Positions 36,667-36,995 of a DNA stretch of 36,995 nucleotides are shown here, piece after piece (the stretch's first letter is position 1; every line of letters starts with the position of its first letter). The notes below the pieces were generated by a model. That model made no database searches. It saw nothing but the letters and a program-made list of their open reading frames with translations, and was not told the origin of the DNA. The DNA is taken from IMG/VR virus record IMGVR_UViG_3300028588_000055, positions 1-36,995 of that record. One strand, given 5' to 3'. The position numbers and the translations under genes were made by a program. The DNA comes from a virus. Its lineage: Duplodnaviria; Caudoviricetes.

Positions 36667-36995
36667 TCAGTTCGACAGCAAGGGATACGGATTCACCGGC
36701 GTCCCCTTCCACCACTGCTTCTCCGGCGTCAGCTCGAACACCGCAAAATGCAAATGCGGCGCATTCGGGTCCGAATTGCCGGTCACGCCCACGTAACCGA
36801 TCAAATCGCCGCGCTTGACCGTCGCACCTTCCTGCAGGCCGTCGGCATAGCGGTCGAGGTGCGCATAATAGTAGGCGTACTTCTCGGTCGGATCGAACAC
36901 GTAGGCGGTGAGGCCGCCCGGCTTGCTGGTGAACAGCTTGACCAGCTTGCCGTCAGCCGCGGCCAGCACCTTGGTGCCCTTGGGCGCCATGATGT
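36667..36995 (-). CDS. Host M23-family metallopeptidase (5' part outside the window; 3' end supplied by the element)
   Basis: D-I-M-APKGT.V.AAADG, YAHL and GNS..PHLHF M23 motifs; high-GC host-like codon usage. Confidence 0.9.
   Translation of the reverse strand, partial: IMAPKGTKVLAAADGKLVKLFTSKPGGLTAYVFDPTEKYAYYYAHLDRYADGLQEGATVKRGDLIGYVGVTGNSDPNAPHLHFAVFELTPEKQWWKGTPVNPYPLLSN
36872..36879. repeat. att core (right junction) TAGGCGTA
   Basis: Identical to 128-135. Confidence 0.8.

Larger units (their letters stand above)
128..36879. mobile_element. Integrated podovirus-like prophage/satellite, 36,744 bp between att cores
   Basis: Direct repeat TAGGCGTA at both ends within duplicated host gene sequence; tyrosine integrase near the right end; complete head/tail module in P22-like order. 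Confidence 0.93.

Overview
The window holds an apparently complete 36,744-bp integrated phage-like element. It is bounded by an 8-bp core, TAGGCGTA (128-135 and 36872-36879), inside a minus-strand host M23 peptidase gene. The element supplies a synonymously recoded 3' end that restores the gene, and the displaced host 3' end sits at 1-135. It encodes a tyrosine integrase and a full P22-like podovirus morphogenesis module: TerS, TerL, portal, scaffold, capsid, adaptor, nozzle, ejection proteins, and a tail fibre with an S74 chaperone. Three accessory slots carry a McrA-like HNH nuclease, two HEPN-motif proteins and membrane proteins. I could not recognise a repressor, replication protein, antiterminator, sigma factor or endolysin. 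The non-coding DNA is rich in signals: a T4-late-like TAAATA motif before many genes, a highly structured ~195-bp element present twice in inverted orientation (3079-3272, 13622-13817), and a repeat/palindrome-rich island with DnaA-box matches (6749-7259). The leading hypothesis, which is inference only, is a self-encapsidating satellite that borrows transcription, replication and lysis from a T4-like or other large helper phage. All product calls come from motif recognition and synteny by eye; no database searches were run.
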